This document shows positions 30,449 to 40,547 of a stretch of 64,000 bases of DNA, piece by piece (positions within the stretch are counted from its first letter, which is position 1; every line of letters begins with the position of its first letter). Source of the stretch: an uncultured archaeon. GTDB lineage: Archaea > Thermoproteota > Bathyarchaeia > Bathyarchaeales > Bathycorpusculaceae. The notes under the pieces are model-generated. The model searched no databases. It worked only from the letters and a program-made list of their open reading frames with translations, and had not been told where the DNA came from. Position numbers and translations under genes: made by a program. The stretch lies in the NCBI GenBank assembly GCA_963782915.1, contig CAWALK010000018.1, positions 192,001-256,000 on the forward strand. The letters run 5' to 3'.

Positions 30449-31910
30449 TTAGCGACTAAGCTTTTGGATTACTTGCTTGTCTGCGTTGACGACTTCAACA
30501 GTTAACGGCATCTGCCCAACCGCGCTGTGGGTTGCACAGCCAAAGCATGGGTCATATGCGCGGAAAGCCATCTCAACCATGTTGAGGATGCCTTGGTCGA
30601 CTTTGCCGTTGTGTATTAAGCCTTTTGCTGCGTCGCGGATGCTCATGCAGATTGCGGGGTAATTGTTGGTGGTTGCAACGACTAAGTTTACGTCTGTAAC
30701 TAGGGCCTCTTTGTCGAGTGTGTAGTGGTGGATTAGTGTGCCGCGTGCTGCTTCAACGATGCCGACTCCTTCGGTGGGTTCGCCGGGTTTGTTGCGTATG
30801 TTGGTGCTTGTGATTTCTGGGTCTTTGACAAGTTCCATTGCACGTTCAGTGGCGTATAGTAACTCGATGAGTCTTGCCCAATGGAACGCGAGTGTGCTGT
30901 GGACTGGTTTGCCGCCGAAGGTCTTGTACATTTGCTCGTATTCTGCCTGTGCCAAGGGTGTTGCCATACCATTTGAAGCATTAAGCCTGCCTAATGGGCC
31001 AACACGGTAAACGCCGCTGTCCATGCCTGCAGTTTGTCCTTTCCAGCCGACTGCTTTGAGGTATGGGAATTTGCTGTATGTCCATTCTTCAACGTGTTCG
31101 CCGATGTGCTTGAGGTAATCTTGGCTGTTGAATTTGAGGAATTCTTGGCCTTTCGGGTCAACTACGCGGATTTTGCCGTCGTAGAAGTTGACTTTGTTGT
31201 TCTCGTCAACCATGCCCATGTAGTAGGTTGGCATTGTGTAGGCTTGGCTTTTGATTAAGCCGACATATTTGGCGTTGCCCAAGACGATGTCATGGAAGAG
31301 TTTGAGTGTGAACTGGGCGAAGTCTTTGCATGAAGCAGCCATCCGCTCGATTTCTTGGCGGTTAGCTTCGCTTAGAGCCTTGGACATTCCGCCGGGTAAG
31401 CCGCAGACTGGATGAGTGGATTTGCCGCCGATTATCTCAGTGATTTTCTGTCCATATGCACGGTGTTTTATGACGTCTTTGGCTACGTCCATGCCTGCTT
31501 TTTCGATGACGCCTAGGATGTTGCGTTTTTCTGGCGGTGCATCGATGCCAACGATGAAGTCTGGGCCGCCGAGGTAGTAGAAGTGGAGTGTGTGGTCGTA
31601 GATGAAGTAGGCCATGTACATGAGTTCTCTGAGTTTCTTTGCTGGGTGCGGTTGGTTCAACGTTGAATGCTTGGTCGAGTGCTTTTGTTGCTGCAAAGTG
31701 GTGTGCGACTGGGCAGACACCGCAGATGCGGCTGGTGAGTTGGGGCATGAGTTCTGCTTTTCTTCCGATACAGAATTTCTCGAATCCACGGAGCTCGGGG
31801 ATTTTGAGGTAGGCGTTTTCTACTTCGCCTTTATCGTTGAGGAAGATGGATACGTTTCCGTGTCCTTCAAGCCTTGTTATTGGGTCAATAATAATTTCTT
31901 TCGCGGTCAT
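30449..31910 (-). CDS. mvhA: Group 3c-type [NiFe]-hydrogenase large subunit (frameshift near 31645)
   Basis: TRLEGHG, RGFEKF, RICGVC, EAARG, RAYDPCFGCATH plus cleavable tail. Confidence 0.9.
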
Positions 31911-32896
31911 TTCTTAATCACCTTACGTTTAAGGATAGATGCTGGTAGACTGTACATGTAGAATGTGCCAGTTGGGTCTTTGATTTGGCCGATTAATTCT
32001 TCGATCTCTTTTTCTGTATACTTTTCTTTGCCTTCGACACCGTCATAGCCTAAAATTGAAGCTAAAGCAGTTATCATCGCTGCGCCTTGTTCAGGCACGT
32101 TGGGGGCTTTTCCGCCACATCCAGTACAAGGCATATCGACATTTATACATTGAGCACCACAGCCGCTTCTTGTTGCTGGTCCCATGCAGAGTATGCCTTG
32201 TTCGAGGAGGCATTTTTCCGGTTCAGGAGTTTTTTCGTAGACACGGTAAATTTTGTCGATGCGTTTGTTGTCGCGTTTGCGTGGGCATTCGTCGCAGACG
32301 GCTTTTGGCGGTGCCAATACGGAGCCTTTTGGTGGGAGTTTGCCGCTTGCGATGGCGTCGATGGCTGCTGCGATTAGTTTAACTGGTGGTGGGCAACCTG
32401 GAAGAGTATAATCAACGTCAACGGTTTGGCCTAAGGTTTTTACTGTGTCGTAGAATTCGGGGATTTTTAATGTGCCCTCTTTCACTTTAGTTTCTGTTTT
32501 AGGAGTTGTGCCCTGTGGGTTGACGTTTGATTTGTCTTTTATGTAAACTTGCTCGAAGACTTCGGCTTTGTTGTTGAGGTTTGCTAAGCCGGGGACGCTG
32601 CCTTCATGTGCACATGAGCCAAACGCAACTAAGGTTTTGGATTTTTGGCGGAGCACTTTTGCCATGTGTTCCTGTTCACTGTTACGTATGGAGCCATTGA
32701 AAAATGTTATGTCAATGTGTTTGTCCGGGAGTGCTTCGACATCTTTGTATTTAATGTCCATGGCAACTGGCCAAAACACAATGTCAGCTAATTGTACTAC
32801 GTCGAGGATTTTCTCGTTTAAGTCTAAGACGGCTATTTCGCAGCCGCCGCAGCTTGCAGCCCAGTAAAAGGCTATTTTTAGCTTGCTTTTACTCAT
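31907..32896 (-). CDS. mvhG: [NiFe]-hydrogenase small subunit
   Basis: SCGGCE, GSCA, PGCPP, VCDECPR, CLLEQGILCMG, PCTGC. Confidence 0.9.
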   Translation of the reverse strand: MSKSKLKIAFYWAASCGGCEIAVLDLNEKILDVVQLADIVFWPVAMDIKYKDVEALPDKHIDITFFNGSIRNSEQEHMAKVLRQKSKTLVAFGSCAHEGSVPGLANLNNKAEVFEQVYIKDKSNVNPQGTTPKTETKVKEGTLKIPEFYDTVKTLGQTVDVDYTLPGCPPPVKLIAAAIDAIASGKLPPKGSVLAPPKAVCDECPRKRDNKRIDKIYRVYEKTPEPEKCLLEQGILCMGPATRSGCGAQCINVDMPCTGCGGKAPNVPEQGAAMITALASILGYDGVEGKEKYTEKEIEELIGQIKDPTGTFYMYSLPASILKRKVIKK

Positions 32897-33789
32897 GGTT
32901 TGTGTGCTCCTTGGTGAATTGTTCTGTTATTTTTTGTGGGTTTACTCGAAGTTCGCCGAAAGCCAACTCGTCCGGAGTTAGTCCCATGGCTAGTCCAAGT
33001 AGTTGTGGATAATGGAGAATTGGAATGCCATAGACTTCGTTAAAAGTTTTCTCTATGCGAAGTTCATTTGTATCGTACATTATGTGGCAAAATGGGCACA
33101 CTGTGATTAATGCTTGGGCATCAACCATCTTTATGTGATTCAGCTTATCCCTTGCCAAGCTGCAATGCAACTTTGTCGCTTACTCCAACGCTGGGTGCGC
33201 CACAGCATTCGGTTTCATCTATGTAGTCGAGGCAGGTTGCGCCTGTGGCTTCAATGAGCATCTTGAGCGTTTGTGGGTCTTCGGGGTCGTCGAAGTCAAA
33301 GTATTCTTTGGGTCGCAGAATGTGGCAGCCGTTGTGCTCGGCAACTTTGAAGCCAGTTAAGGGTCTGGTGATGGCTGCTTTGATTTTTTCTACACCCACA
33401 TCTTCCTTTAGTAACTGCAGGAGGTGTTTGGTTTCGACTGTGCCCTTGAATTCTAAACCAGCTTCTTTTAGGTGAGCGTTGATTTGTTCTCTTTGGGCTT
33501 TGTCTTCTTTTAGGATTTTGTTGACTTTTTTTAGTGTTCCAGCGCATCCGGGGCAAAGCGTGAGGATGTTTAGTCCTTGCTGTTCTGCCAGTGCCAAGTT
33601 TTTTGCGGCGAGGATAAGCATGGTTTCGTGGCTCACTGGGTCGAAGGGTAAGCCGCAGCAGTTGAATTCAGGCATCTCAACCAATTCCACGCCAAGTTTG
33701 CGAGGACTTTGCGGGATGAGATTTCGTATGAGGAAACACGGTATGGGATTGCGCAGCCCAAGAAAGATTAGGTATTTACTGTTTGTCAT
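32889..33789 (-). CDS. hdrB: Heterodisulfide reductase subunit B, frameshifted
   Basis: Two CCG motifs, CPGC, GCH, CPFC. Confidence 0.9.
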
Positions 33790-34338
33790 TGGGGGTTTCT
33801 CCTGCTGGTTTTTGTGTTTGCTCAAAAAACTTTACGCCTTTGAGCACTTTGCGAACGCTTTCGGGGTTGCCTTTCGGCAGCGGAGGAAGACCTTGGTTCT
33901 CACGTTTTTTGATTCGAGTTCAGGAATCTTGTAGGCGTAACCGGTTTCTGTGAGGCTCTGCGCTTGGTCTTTGAAGACCTGTGGAACGCAGCCTTTTTCT
34001 GCGGCGAGGTTGCGGAAAACTCGGATTACGCTGGCGACTTCGATGTTTTGTGGGCAACGGTCGGTGCATGTGAAGCATGCTGCACAGAGCCAGAGTGTGT
34101 CGCTGTTTAGAACACGGTCTTTTAGGCCCAACTGCGCCATATGGATGAGTGTGCGTGGACGATAATTATCGCTGAACCTTGCAACTGGGCAATCTGAGGT
34201 GCAGGTGCCGCATTGGAAGCAGCTGAGGATTTTTTCGGCTCCATGCATTTTTTGGAGTTCATACTTGAATTTGGGGTCGATTTCAGAAGCTTTAATTGGC
34301 TCCTTTTGCAGAGTTGATTTTGCTGCTACCTCAGCCAT
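33776..34338 (-). CDS. hdrC: Heterodisulfide reductase subunit C (C-terminal frameshift)
   Basis: CFQCGTCTSDCP, WLCAACFTCTDRCP. Confidence 0.9.
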
Positions 34339-34476
34339 AAAGGATACACCATTGATAACTCGATGCACATTGCTGTGCTTGGAATATTTGAAATGTCCGT
34401 GTCAAATAGATAAAGTTTGAGCATCATGGAAGCTTTTTCGTACATGGTTAATTAATGAAGCTCAAGTAAGACACTC

Positions 34477-34511
34477 TTGCTCGCACGACCTACCCCCTCC
34501 CTTATTTATAG
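34477..34511 (-). repeat. Dispersed G-rich repeat, copy C (single box, inverted)
   Basis: Reverse complement CTATAAATAAGGGAGGGGGTAGGTCGTGCGAGCAA matches the first half of copies A and B. Confidence 0.75.
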
Positions 34512-34785
34512 GCTCAACAAGTGTTGAGTTCTGCGTATGGGGCGTCAGCATTCATTGGTTAACTGGCTACAGTAGCTGCGTTTGTTTGAGAATTTGAGGG
34601 GTTCCTATGCAACTGTTTTGGAGCTTGTTCGGTTATTTTTATCGATTCAACGCTTCGCTACCTCAGGGCTATATAAAGAGCTGGCTTTGTCAAGATGTAC
34701 TGATAAGAGAACAGTACTTAGTCAACAAACCTTGACAAGAACGTCTTTTAAACAAAAACCAAACCCACAAGTTAATGGTGAACAG

Positions 34786-35007
34786 ATGAATAAAACAATC
34801 CCATGCCTAGTGCTCGTTATTCTACTTGCAACGGCACTTCTGCTATACGTCACCTCGACAATATCCACTTCTACGGTGCCTTCACCATTCCTCATCGCCG
34901 CAACCATCGTATCAGCTGTGGCCCTGTTCGGCGCAATGTTTTCGCTCTACATAGAAAAAAGAACAAAAAATAAAATACAACAAACTAGTTTGGGACGAAA
35001 AGCATAG
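34786..35007 (+). CDS. Small two-TM membrane protein
   Basis: GGTGA RBS; MNKTIPCLVLV..., two hydrophobic helices. Confidence 0.5.
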   Translation: MNKTIPCLVLVILLATALLLYVTSTISTSTVPSPFLIAATIVSAVALFGAMFSLYIEKRTKNKIQQTSLGRKA

Positions 35008-35292
35008 TTATTCTTTGCATTGCTTTAAGCTGCGCAGTTCCTCGAGTGTTTGGTTTAATATTGTTTTATCTACAGCGATTTGTTTAACGGCTGATGTTGG
35101 CAGGCAAACGATTACTTTTCCAAGATAAGGATGCTTAAACCCAAACGCCGTAGCAGCTTCATCAGTTAAAGTCACAAACAGACTAGTTATTTGCCAAGTA
35201 TTGGGGTCTAAATCTGCGCTGTGTACTTCGCCTAACTCAAAATTGTCGGAGGTGAATGCTCGTTTCCAGAATAATTTGGTGATTTCTACCAT
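35008..35292 (-). CDS. PRC-barrel domain protein
   Basis: LFWKRAFTSD..ELGEV...D...WQIT.L pattern. Confidence 0.7.
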   Translation of the reverse strand: MVEITKLFWKRAFTSDNFELGEVHSADLDPNTWQITSLFVTLTDEAATAFGFKHPYLGKVIVCLPTSAVKQIAVDKTILNQTLEELRSLKQCKE

Positions 35293-35379
35293 AAAATAAG
35301 CCTCTTCTAGAAAAGTGGCAAGCGATGTTTATATCTGTTATTTAGAAGCCTTTTTTATTCACTACATTCTTAGTATTGG

Positions 35380-35778
35380 ATGGTGATTTTTTTGTCTGCT
35401 TCTCAAGAACCAACTAAACTCAAGAAGCTCACTCCTGAAGAAGAACAAGTCATAGTCAACAAAGGCACAGAAATGCCCTTCACAGGCAAATACTATGCGT
35501 TCTGGGAAAAGGGCACTTATGTGTGCAAACGATGTGGCGCAAAACTATACCGGTCAGAGAACAAGTTTGAAGCCAATTGTGGATGGCCTAGTTTCGACGA
35601 TGAAATCCCCGGTGCAGTGAAGCGGATACCTGATGCGGATGGGATGCGAACGGAGATTCAATGCGTTAACTGCGGCGCTCATCTTGGGCATGTTTTTATT
35701 GGGGAACAGTTTACAAAGAAGAATACTCGGCATTGTGTTAATTCGATGTCGATGGATTTCATACCTGACCAGAAATAA
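35380..35778 (+). CDS. msrB: Methionine-R-sulfoxide reductase
   Basis: GTE.PF, CGWPSF, RTEI.C..C..HLGHVF, RHCVNS. Confidence 0.95.
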   Translation: MVIFLSASQEPTKLKKLTPEEEQVIVNKGTEMPFTGKYYAFWEKGTYVCKRCGAKLYRSENKFEANCGWPSFDDEIPGAVKRIPDADGMRTEIQCVNCGAHLGHVFIGEQFTKKNTRHCVNSMSMDFIPDQK

Positions 35779-35841
35779 AGTAGCACTTTTGGGCTTCGAA
35801 ACAGTTATACAATTACATAGCGTAAGATAGCTAGAAGCAGC

Positions 35842-36648
35842 ATGTCTACGGTTATACCAACGCCTTCAGCCACACCAGTCCCCGACCTCTTGGGGGTTCC
35901 ACTGACTACAATATTGTGGATAATCATAATTGCGCTCATAGCTGCTTCAGTTGAACGGTTTCTAACACGGTACATAACCCGTTTTGCCAAACGAACTAAA
36001 CTTGAGCCAAACGTCGCTAACAATTTGGCGCTTACCTTCCGCATAATGATTCTAATTGGCACGGTAGTCGCGATTAGCCGTGTAAGCGGCGTAACTTCAG
36101 ATTGGATTGTCTCTATTACGGCTCTTGGTGCTGCAGCAGTCGGTTTTGCTTCGCAGAAAACCATCGGCAACTTTGTAGCAGGCATCTTTCTCATGGCAGC
36201 TAGACCCTTTAAAGTAGGTAACTACGTACGTATAGGCACCGTGGAAGGCATAGTTTCTGAAATCACCATTAACTACACAAAAATTTTAACCGCATCCAAC
36301 AACATCGTCTCAATCAGTAACCTGCAAATCCTCGACCGAGAGATAACCAATTACCTATATGAGACCACTGAAAACAAGGACCTTTACTGCTATACCTTCG
36401 AAATAGGATTCGACCACAGTGTATCGACAGATAAAATAATTGAAATATTCAATCAAGTTTTTGAAAAATACTCAAAAGAACTCCCCACTAAACCAGGCTA
36501 TATCCTCACGCGGTCGGCAGCTTTCGAGCGGGTTTACACAATATACCTATATGTAATTAGTGCCGAGCAGATTTTTACGGTGCGCCCCAAGATTGCCGAG
36601 GAAGTTTTCCAGCGTTGGGATGAAGAGAGGGCGAAGATAAAGAAATAA
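35842..36648 (+). CDS. mscS: Small-conductance mechanosensitive channel
   Basis: VGFASQKTIGNFVAG, RPFKVG, GIVSEI. Confidence 0.88.
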   Translation: MSTVIPTPSATPVPDLLGVPLTTILWIIIIALIAASVERFLTRYITRFAKRTKLEPNVANNLALTFRIMILIGTVVAISRVSGVTSDWIVSITALGAAAVGFASQKTIGNFVAGIFLMAARPFKVGNYVRIGTVEGIVSEITINYTKILTASNNIVSISNLQILDREITNYLYETTENKDLYCYTFEIGFDHSVSTDKIIEIFNQVFEKYSKELPTKPGYILTRSAAFERVYTIYLYVISAEQIFTVRPKIAEEVFQRWDEERAKIKK

Positions 36649-36683
36649 CCAAAGACACCCAATATTATGGGTAGTGAATAATT

Positions 36684-37019
36684 ATGGCAGAATTGAAAAA
36701 AGAAACGCTTGTTGCCCAAGCCTCAAACCTCCCAGGTTTAATTGCGTATCAAGATGGCGCGGTTGTTAGCCGAACAATCATTGACAAAAAAGCAGGAACC
36801 GTAACACTATTTGCTTTTGACGAAAAACAGGGCTTAAGTGAACACACCGCACCCTTCGATGCCATGGTTTATGTTTTGGACGGCGAAGTGGAAGTCACTA
36901 TCGCAGGCAAACTAATCGCGTTAAAGGCTGGAGAGATGACGATTATGCCGGCTAATCAGACACATGCATTAACGGCGAAAACAAAGTTCAAGATGCTGCT
37001 TATTATGATCAAGACATAG
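36684..37019 (+). CDS. Cupin-domain protein
   Basis: LFAFDEKQGLSEHTAP, MPANQTHAL. Confidence 0.9.
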   Translation: MAELKKETLVAQASNLPGLIAYQDGAVVSRTIIDKKAGTVTLFAFDEKQGLSEHTAPFDAMVYVLDGEVEVTIAGKLIALKAGEMTIMPANQTHALTAKTKFKMLLIMIKT

Positions 37020-37082
37020 TTGGCGATTCTACATTTTTTACATGCACTGATGCAAGTAGTACAAACACAGAAATTGTTATAT

Positions 37083-37106
37083 GTACTACTCATTCAATAG
37101 TAGTAC
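37083..37106. promoter_or_regulatory. Palindromic operator of the vapBC pair
   Basis: GTACTACT-N8-AGTAGTAC directly after TTATAT and before the start codon. Confidence 0.6.
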
Positions 37107-37118
37107 TCTATAAGGTGA

Positions 37119-37373
37119 ATGAGTACGGTGTTAGAAGCAGAGCAGAACACAGAAGTAATGGTTACAAGAAAGGGACAGACTACAATACCAGTTAAGCTCA
37201 GACGAAAATATAATATTGAGAAAGGAACCAAGCTTCAAGTCATAGACACCGGCGATGGAATCATGTTCAAACGCAAATTAACAACAGTTGACCTCTTTGG
37301 TTCAGGCGCAGGTTCTGCTACTGTAGAAGAAGTCAATAAACTGCTCGATGAACTCAGGGCTGAAGATGAATAG
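37119..37373 (+). CDS. vapB: AbrB/MazE-type antitoxin
   Basis: VTRKGQTTIPVKLRRKYNI. Confidence 0.88.
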   Translation: MSTVLEAEQNTEVMVTRKGQTTIPVKLRRKYNIEKGTKLQVIDTGDGIMFKRKLTTVDLFGSGAGSATVEEVNKLLDELRAEDE

Positions 37374-37752
37374 AGCTGTTTTTGATACACGGTTTTTTAT
37401 AGCTGGCTATTATTCGACGAATATAGTCCAGACCAAGAAGCTTAGTGAGAAAGTAAAGTCTACAAAAGAACGGTTTGTCTCTGCAATAGTTTTACATGAG
37501 ATTTATCAGGTTACATTCCGAAAGAATGGCAGAGAAACGGCCAAGCTAAGAACGGCATTGGTTGAGCAGGACTTTGAAGTAATCGATGTCACGGCTGATA
37601 TTGCAAAGGCATCTGCTGAGTTAAGGTCAAAGTACGATATGTCGATGGCAGACAGCATAATAGCAGCAACAGCATTAACTCTAAAAGCAACTTGCCTCTC
37701 TGATGACCCACACTTCAAGGCGGTAAAAGAAATTAAGACAGACTGGATTTAG
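37366..37752 (+). CDS. vapC: PIN-domain toxin
   Basis: VFDT, LHEI, SMADSIIAATA, SDDPHF. Confidence 0.9.
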   Translation: MNRAVFDTRFFIAGYYSTNIVQTKKLSEKVKSTKERFVSAIVLHEIYQVTFRKNGRETAKLRTALVEQDFEVIDVTADIAKASAELRSKYDMSMADSIIAATALTLKATCLSDDPHFKAVKEIKTDWI

Positions 37753-37844
37753 CAAATTAAAGCATACTCAAATTAATAGCTAAATCACCCCTTGGGACTT
37801 GTTTTGAGAGATTTTTTAGATTCAACAAGTAATTGCGAAATATT

Positions 37845-38462
37845 TCAACCTAAAGGTTTGCCCCAAATATCCACAAAACAGTAACCTTCAAGCAGTTTTT
37901 TGATTGGCACCTGTGGTTTCTCAGCCGGATACCCCATGGCAACAAACGCTTGGGGCTCAACTGCATCGGGAATTTTTAGGGTTTTTCTGACGGTTTCTTT
38001 ACAGAACGCTGGGGCACAGAACCAGCAGGCTCCTAAACCCTTTGCATATGCCTCTAAAAGCAGGTTTTGCAGCGCTGCCCCAAAACTTTGCACCGCCAAA
38101 TCCCGCTCTGTGTCTTGTCTTTCCACGTCTGAGTACTTAGGCAATCCCTCGAGGGTTAAACATGCCAGAATGAGCACAGGCGCAGTTGCGAACCGCTCAA
38201 CTCGCTCCGCACGCTTGTCGACTTCAACCGTTATGCCGTCTTTTTGCAGGTCTTTAACCCATGCATCCGCCATAGCATCCGCCAAGCGCCTCTTAACTGA
38301 AGGGTCCTGTAAAACTATGAATCGCCATGGTTGACTATTATGCGCTGAAGGTGCACAGCCAGCGGCTTCCAAGACATCCAAAACAATTTTTTGGGAAACC
38401 TCGCGGGGCAGGTATTTTCGGATGCTTCGCCGCTGCTTAATGGCATCGTCCAAGTTTGACAT
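37845..38462 (-). CDS. Nitroreductase-family protein (FbiB C-terminal-like)
   Basis: RRSIRKY, APSAHNSQPWRF, LQNLLL, MGYP. Confidence 0.9.
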   Translation of the reverse strand: MSNLDDAIKQRRSIRKYLPREVSQKIVLDVLEAAGCAPSAHNSQPWRFIVLQDPSVKRRLADAMADAWVKDLQKDGITVEVDKRAERVERFATAPVLILACLTLEGLPKYSDVERQDTERDLAVQSFGAALQNLLLEAYAKGLGACWFCAPAFCKETVRKTLKIPDAVEPQAFVAMGYPAEKPQVPIKKLLEGYCFVDIWGKPLG

Positions 38463-38494
38463 AAAAGAAAGAAAGGGATAGTTTGTTTTTATAT

Positions 38495-39532
38495 TTATTC
38501 GCGGTTTGGCTCTAAAATCACTTTTAGAGAGTTGCCTGCTTCAGCCATCAATCGGAAGCCTTCCTGTGCTTCGGTAAGGGGCAGTCGGTGTGTTATCATG
38601 TCTTTGACGTTGAGTTCGCCGGTGGTGAGTACGCGGAGTGAGTCTTCGATGTCGTTTGGGGCGGCTCCGTAGCTTGTGCGCATGGTGATTTCGTTTCTCC
38701 AGAACTGGTTAATGGGCACTGGAAGTTTGACGGTTGGGTCTGGCACTGCAAAGAATAGGATGGTTCCGCCGTTTTCTACGCAGTCCATCGCTGACATGGC
38801 TGCGGAGGTTGCGCCTGTGCAGACGACTACTTGGTCGGCTAAGTGACCCGTTAATTCTTTGAGTTTTTCGGGCAGGTTGCCTTTGGCGTCGAGGGCATGG
38901 TGTGCACCGAATTTTTTAGCAAGTTCCAAGCGGTAGGGGTTGATGTCTGCTACGATAATGTTTTCTACGCCCTTGAATTTGGCGAGTTGTGCATGGAGGA
39001 TGCCTGAGATGCCGCTGCCGATAATGAGCAATGTGTCGTCGGCGTGTAGGTCTGAAAGGCGTTGTCCGCGGGATACGCATGCGAGTGGTTCAATGAATGT
39101 GCCTTCTTCAAAGCTCATTGCTTCGGGAAGTTTGTAGATGCCGTATTGGAGGTTGATTTTGGGGATTTGAATGTACTGTGCAAAGCCGCCCGGGTAATAA
39201 TTGGTTGTGTGCAGGGTGTGGCAGGCTGTGTGGTTATCGCGTTGGCAATGTCTGCATTCGAAGCAGGGGACATGGTGAGAGACAAAGACGCGGTCGCCGA
39301 CCTCAACGGATCTGACTTTCTCGCCAGCTTCAGTTATGATGCCTGTGGCTTCGTGGCCAAGCACACGCGGTGCCTTAGGAACACGGTACCATTCGATAAC
39401 GTCGCTGCCGCAGATGCCGCTTGCCATCACTTTAAGCAGCGCTTCATCCTCGCCGATTTTAGGTTTAGGAATTTCTTGAATTCTAACGTCATGATTATTA
39501 TAATAAAAAGCTGCTAACAAAACATTCACCAA
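38495..39532 (-). CDS. Zn-dependent (polyol-type) alcohol dehydrogenase
   Basis: GICGSD, LGHE, CFECRHC...C, EPLAC, GSGISG. Confidence 0.9.
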   Translation of the reverse strand: MVNVLLAAFYYNNHDVRIQEIPKPKIGEDEALLKVMASGICGSDVIEWYRVPKAPRVLGHEATGIITEAGEKVRSVEVGDRVFVSHHVPCFECRHCQRDNHTACHTLHTTNYYPGGFAQYIQIPKINLQYGIYKLPEAMSFEEGTFIEPLACVSRGQRLSDLHADDTLLIIGSGISGILHAQLAKFKGVENIIVADINPYRLELAKKFGAHHALDAKGNLPEKLKELTGHLADQVVVCTGATSAAMSAMDCVENGGTILFFAVPDPTVKLPVPINQFWRNEITMRTSYGAAPNDIEDSLRVLTTGELNVKDMITHRLPLTEAQEGFRLMAEAGNSLKVILEPNRE

Positions 39533-40347
39533 TAAAGGAAGGGAAAAGTTAGGCTTTGCCCAGCCACTACTTGATTGTAGAGGTCCTCTGCTTCTTGGGC
39601 AGTGTAGCCGTCGTGGATGATAGCGCGGATAGCCCTGATTGAAGCGACTGGGTACTGTGTTTGCCAGATGTTTCTGCCTAAGTTAACGCCTGCTGCGCCT
39701 TTCTGCATACCATCATACACGAAATCGAAGACTTCCCGTTGAGTCTCAGTTTTTGGTCCGCCTGCGATTACGACTGGAACTGGGCAGCCTTCAACGATTT
39801 TTTCAAAGTTATCCTTGCAGTAATAGGTTTTGACTACGCGTGCACCGATTTCCGCGACGATTCTTGCAGCTAAGGCGAGGTAGCGGGCTTCCCGTTTTTC
39901 AAGTTCTTTGCCCACTGCGCAAACTGCCATGACTGGGATGCCGTATTCTTCGCAGTCATCAACCAGTTTTGAGAGGTTGGTTAGGCTTTTGTTTTCGTAT
40001 TTGGTTCCGACGAATACTGACATGGATACGGCTGAAGCGTTTAGGCGGATAATTTCTTCTATGGATGTGACTACGGATTCGTTGGCTAAGTCTTCGCCGA
40101 CTACTGAGACTGCGCCTGAGACCCGCATGATGATTGGTTTGTCGATGGCTGGGTCAACGCAGTTGCGCAGTATGCCCCGTGTGAGCATTAAGCCGTCGGC
40201 GTATTGGATGATTGGTTTGATTGTTTCGCCAGGTCTTTCAAGGCAGTGTGTTGGGCCTTGGAAGTAGCCGTGGTCGATTGGTAAAAAGAGGGCTTTGCCG
40301 TCTTTTTGGATGAGTCTACTTAAGCGGTTTTGCATTCCCCACTCCAT
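39526..40347 (-). CDS. lsrF: LsrF-like DhnA-class aldolase/thiolase
   Basis: WGMQNRLSRL, DHGYFQGPT, VKTYY, VVIAGG, GRNIWQ. Confidence 0.85.
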   Translation of the reverse strand: MEWGMQNRLSRLIQKDGKALFLPIDHGYFQGPTHCLERPGETIKPIIQYADGLMLTRGILRNCVDPAIDKPIIMRVSGAVSVVGEDLANESVVTSIEEIIRLNASAVSMSVFVGTKYENKSLTNLSKLVDDCEEYGIPVMAVCAVGKELEKREARYLALAARIVAEIGARVVKTYYCKDNFEKIVEGCPVPVVIAGGPKTETQREVFDFVYDGMQKGAAGVNLGRNIWQTQYPVASIRAIRAIIHDGYTAQEAEDLYNQVVAGQSLTFPFLYW

Positions 40348-40547
40348 AATCTGTTCCTCGAGAGAGCAGTTGGTTTGAGGAAATAAATAAAACTTTATGC
40401 TCCTTTGAAGTGTACGGTTGAATAGTACTTTGCCTGCACTAATATTTGACGTCTGTCAACTGTTTTTATGAAAAGTTAAGCACATATCACAACCAACTTT
40501 ATATTTAATCAGACAATAAACCATTAAAACAGCAAAAGAGTGGAAAT

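Noticed and set aside
29082-34338. Methanogenesis marker
   Set aside because: Hdr/Mvh are widespread in non-methanogens; no mcr or mtr genes in the window
13366-34511. G-rich repeats as a CRISPR array, origin ORB boxes or KOPS
   Set aside because: Copies are kilobases apart without spacers, there is no ORB-type TCCA..GGA core or cdc6 nearby, and only one box fits GGGNAGGG
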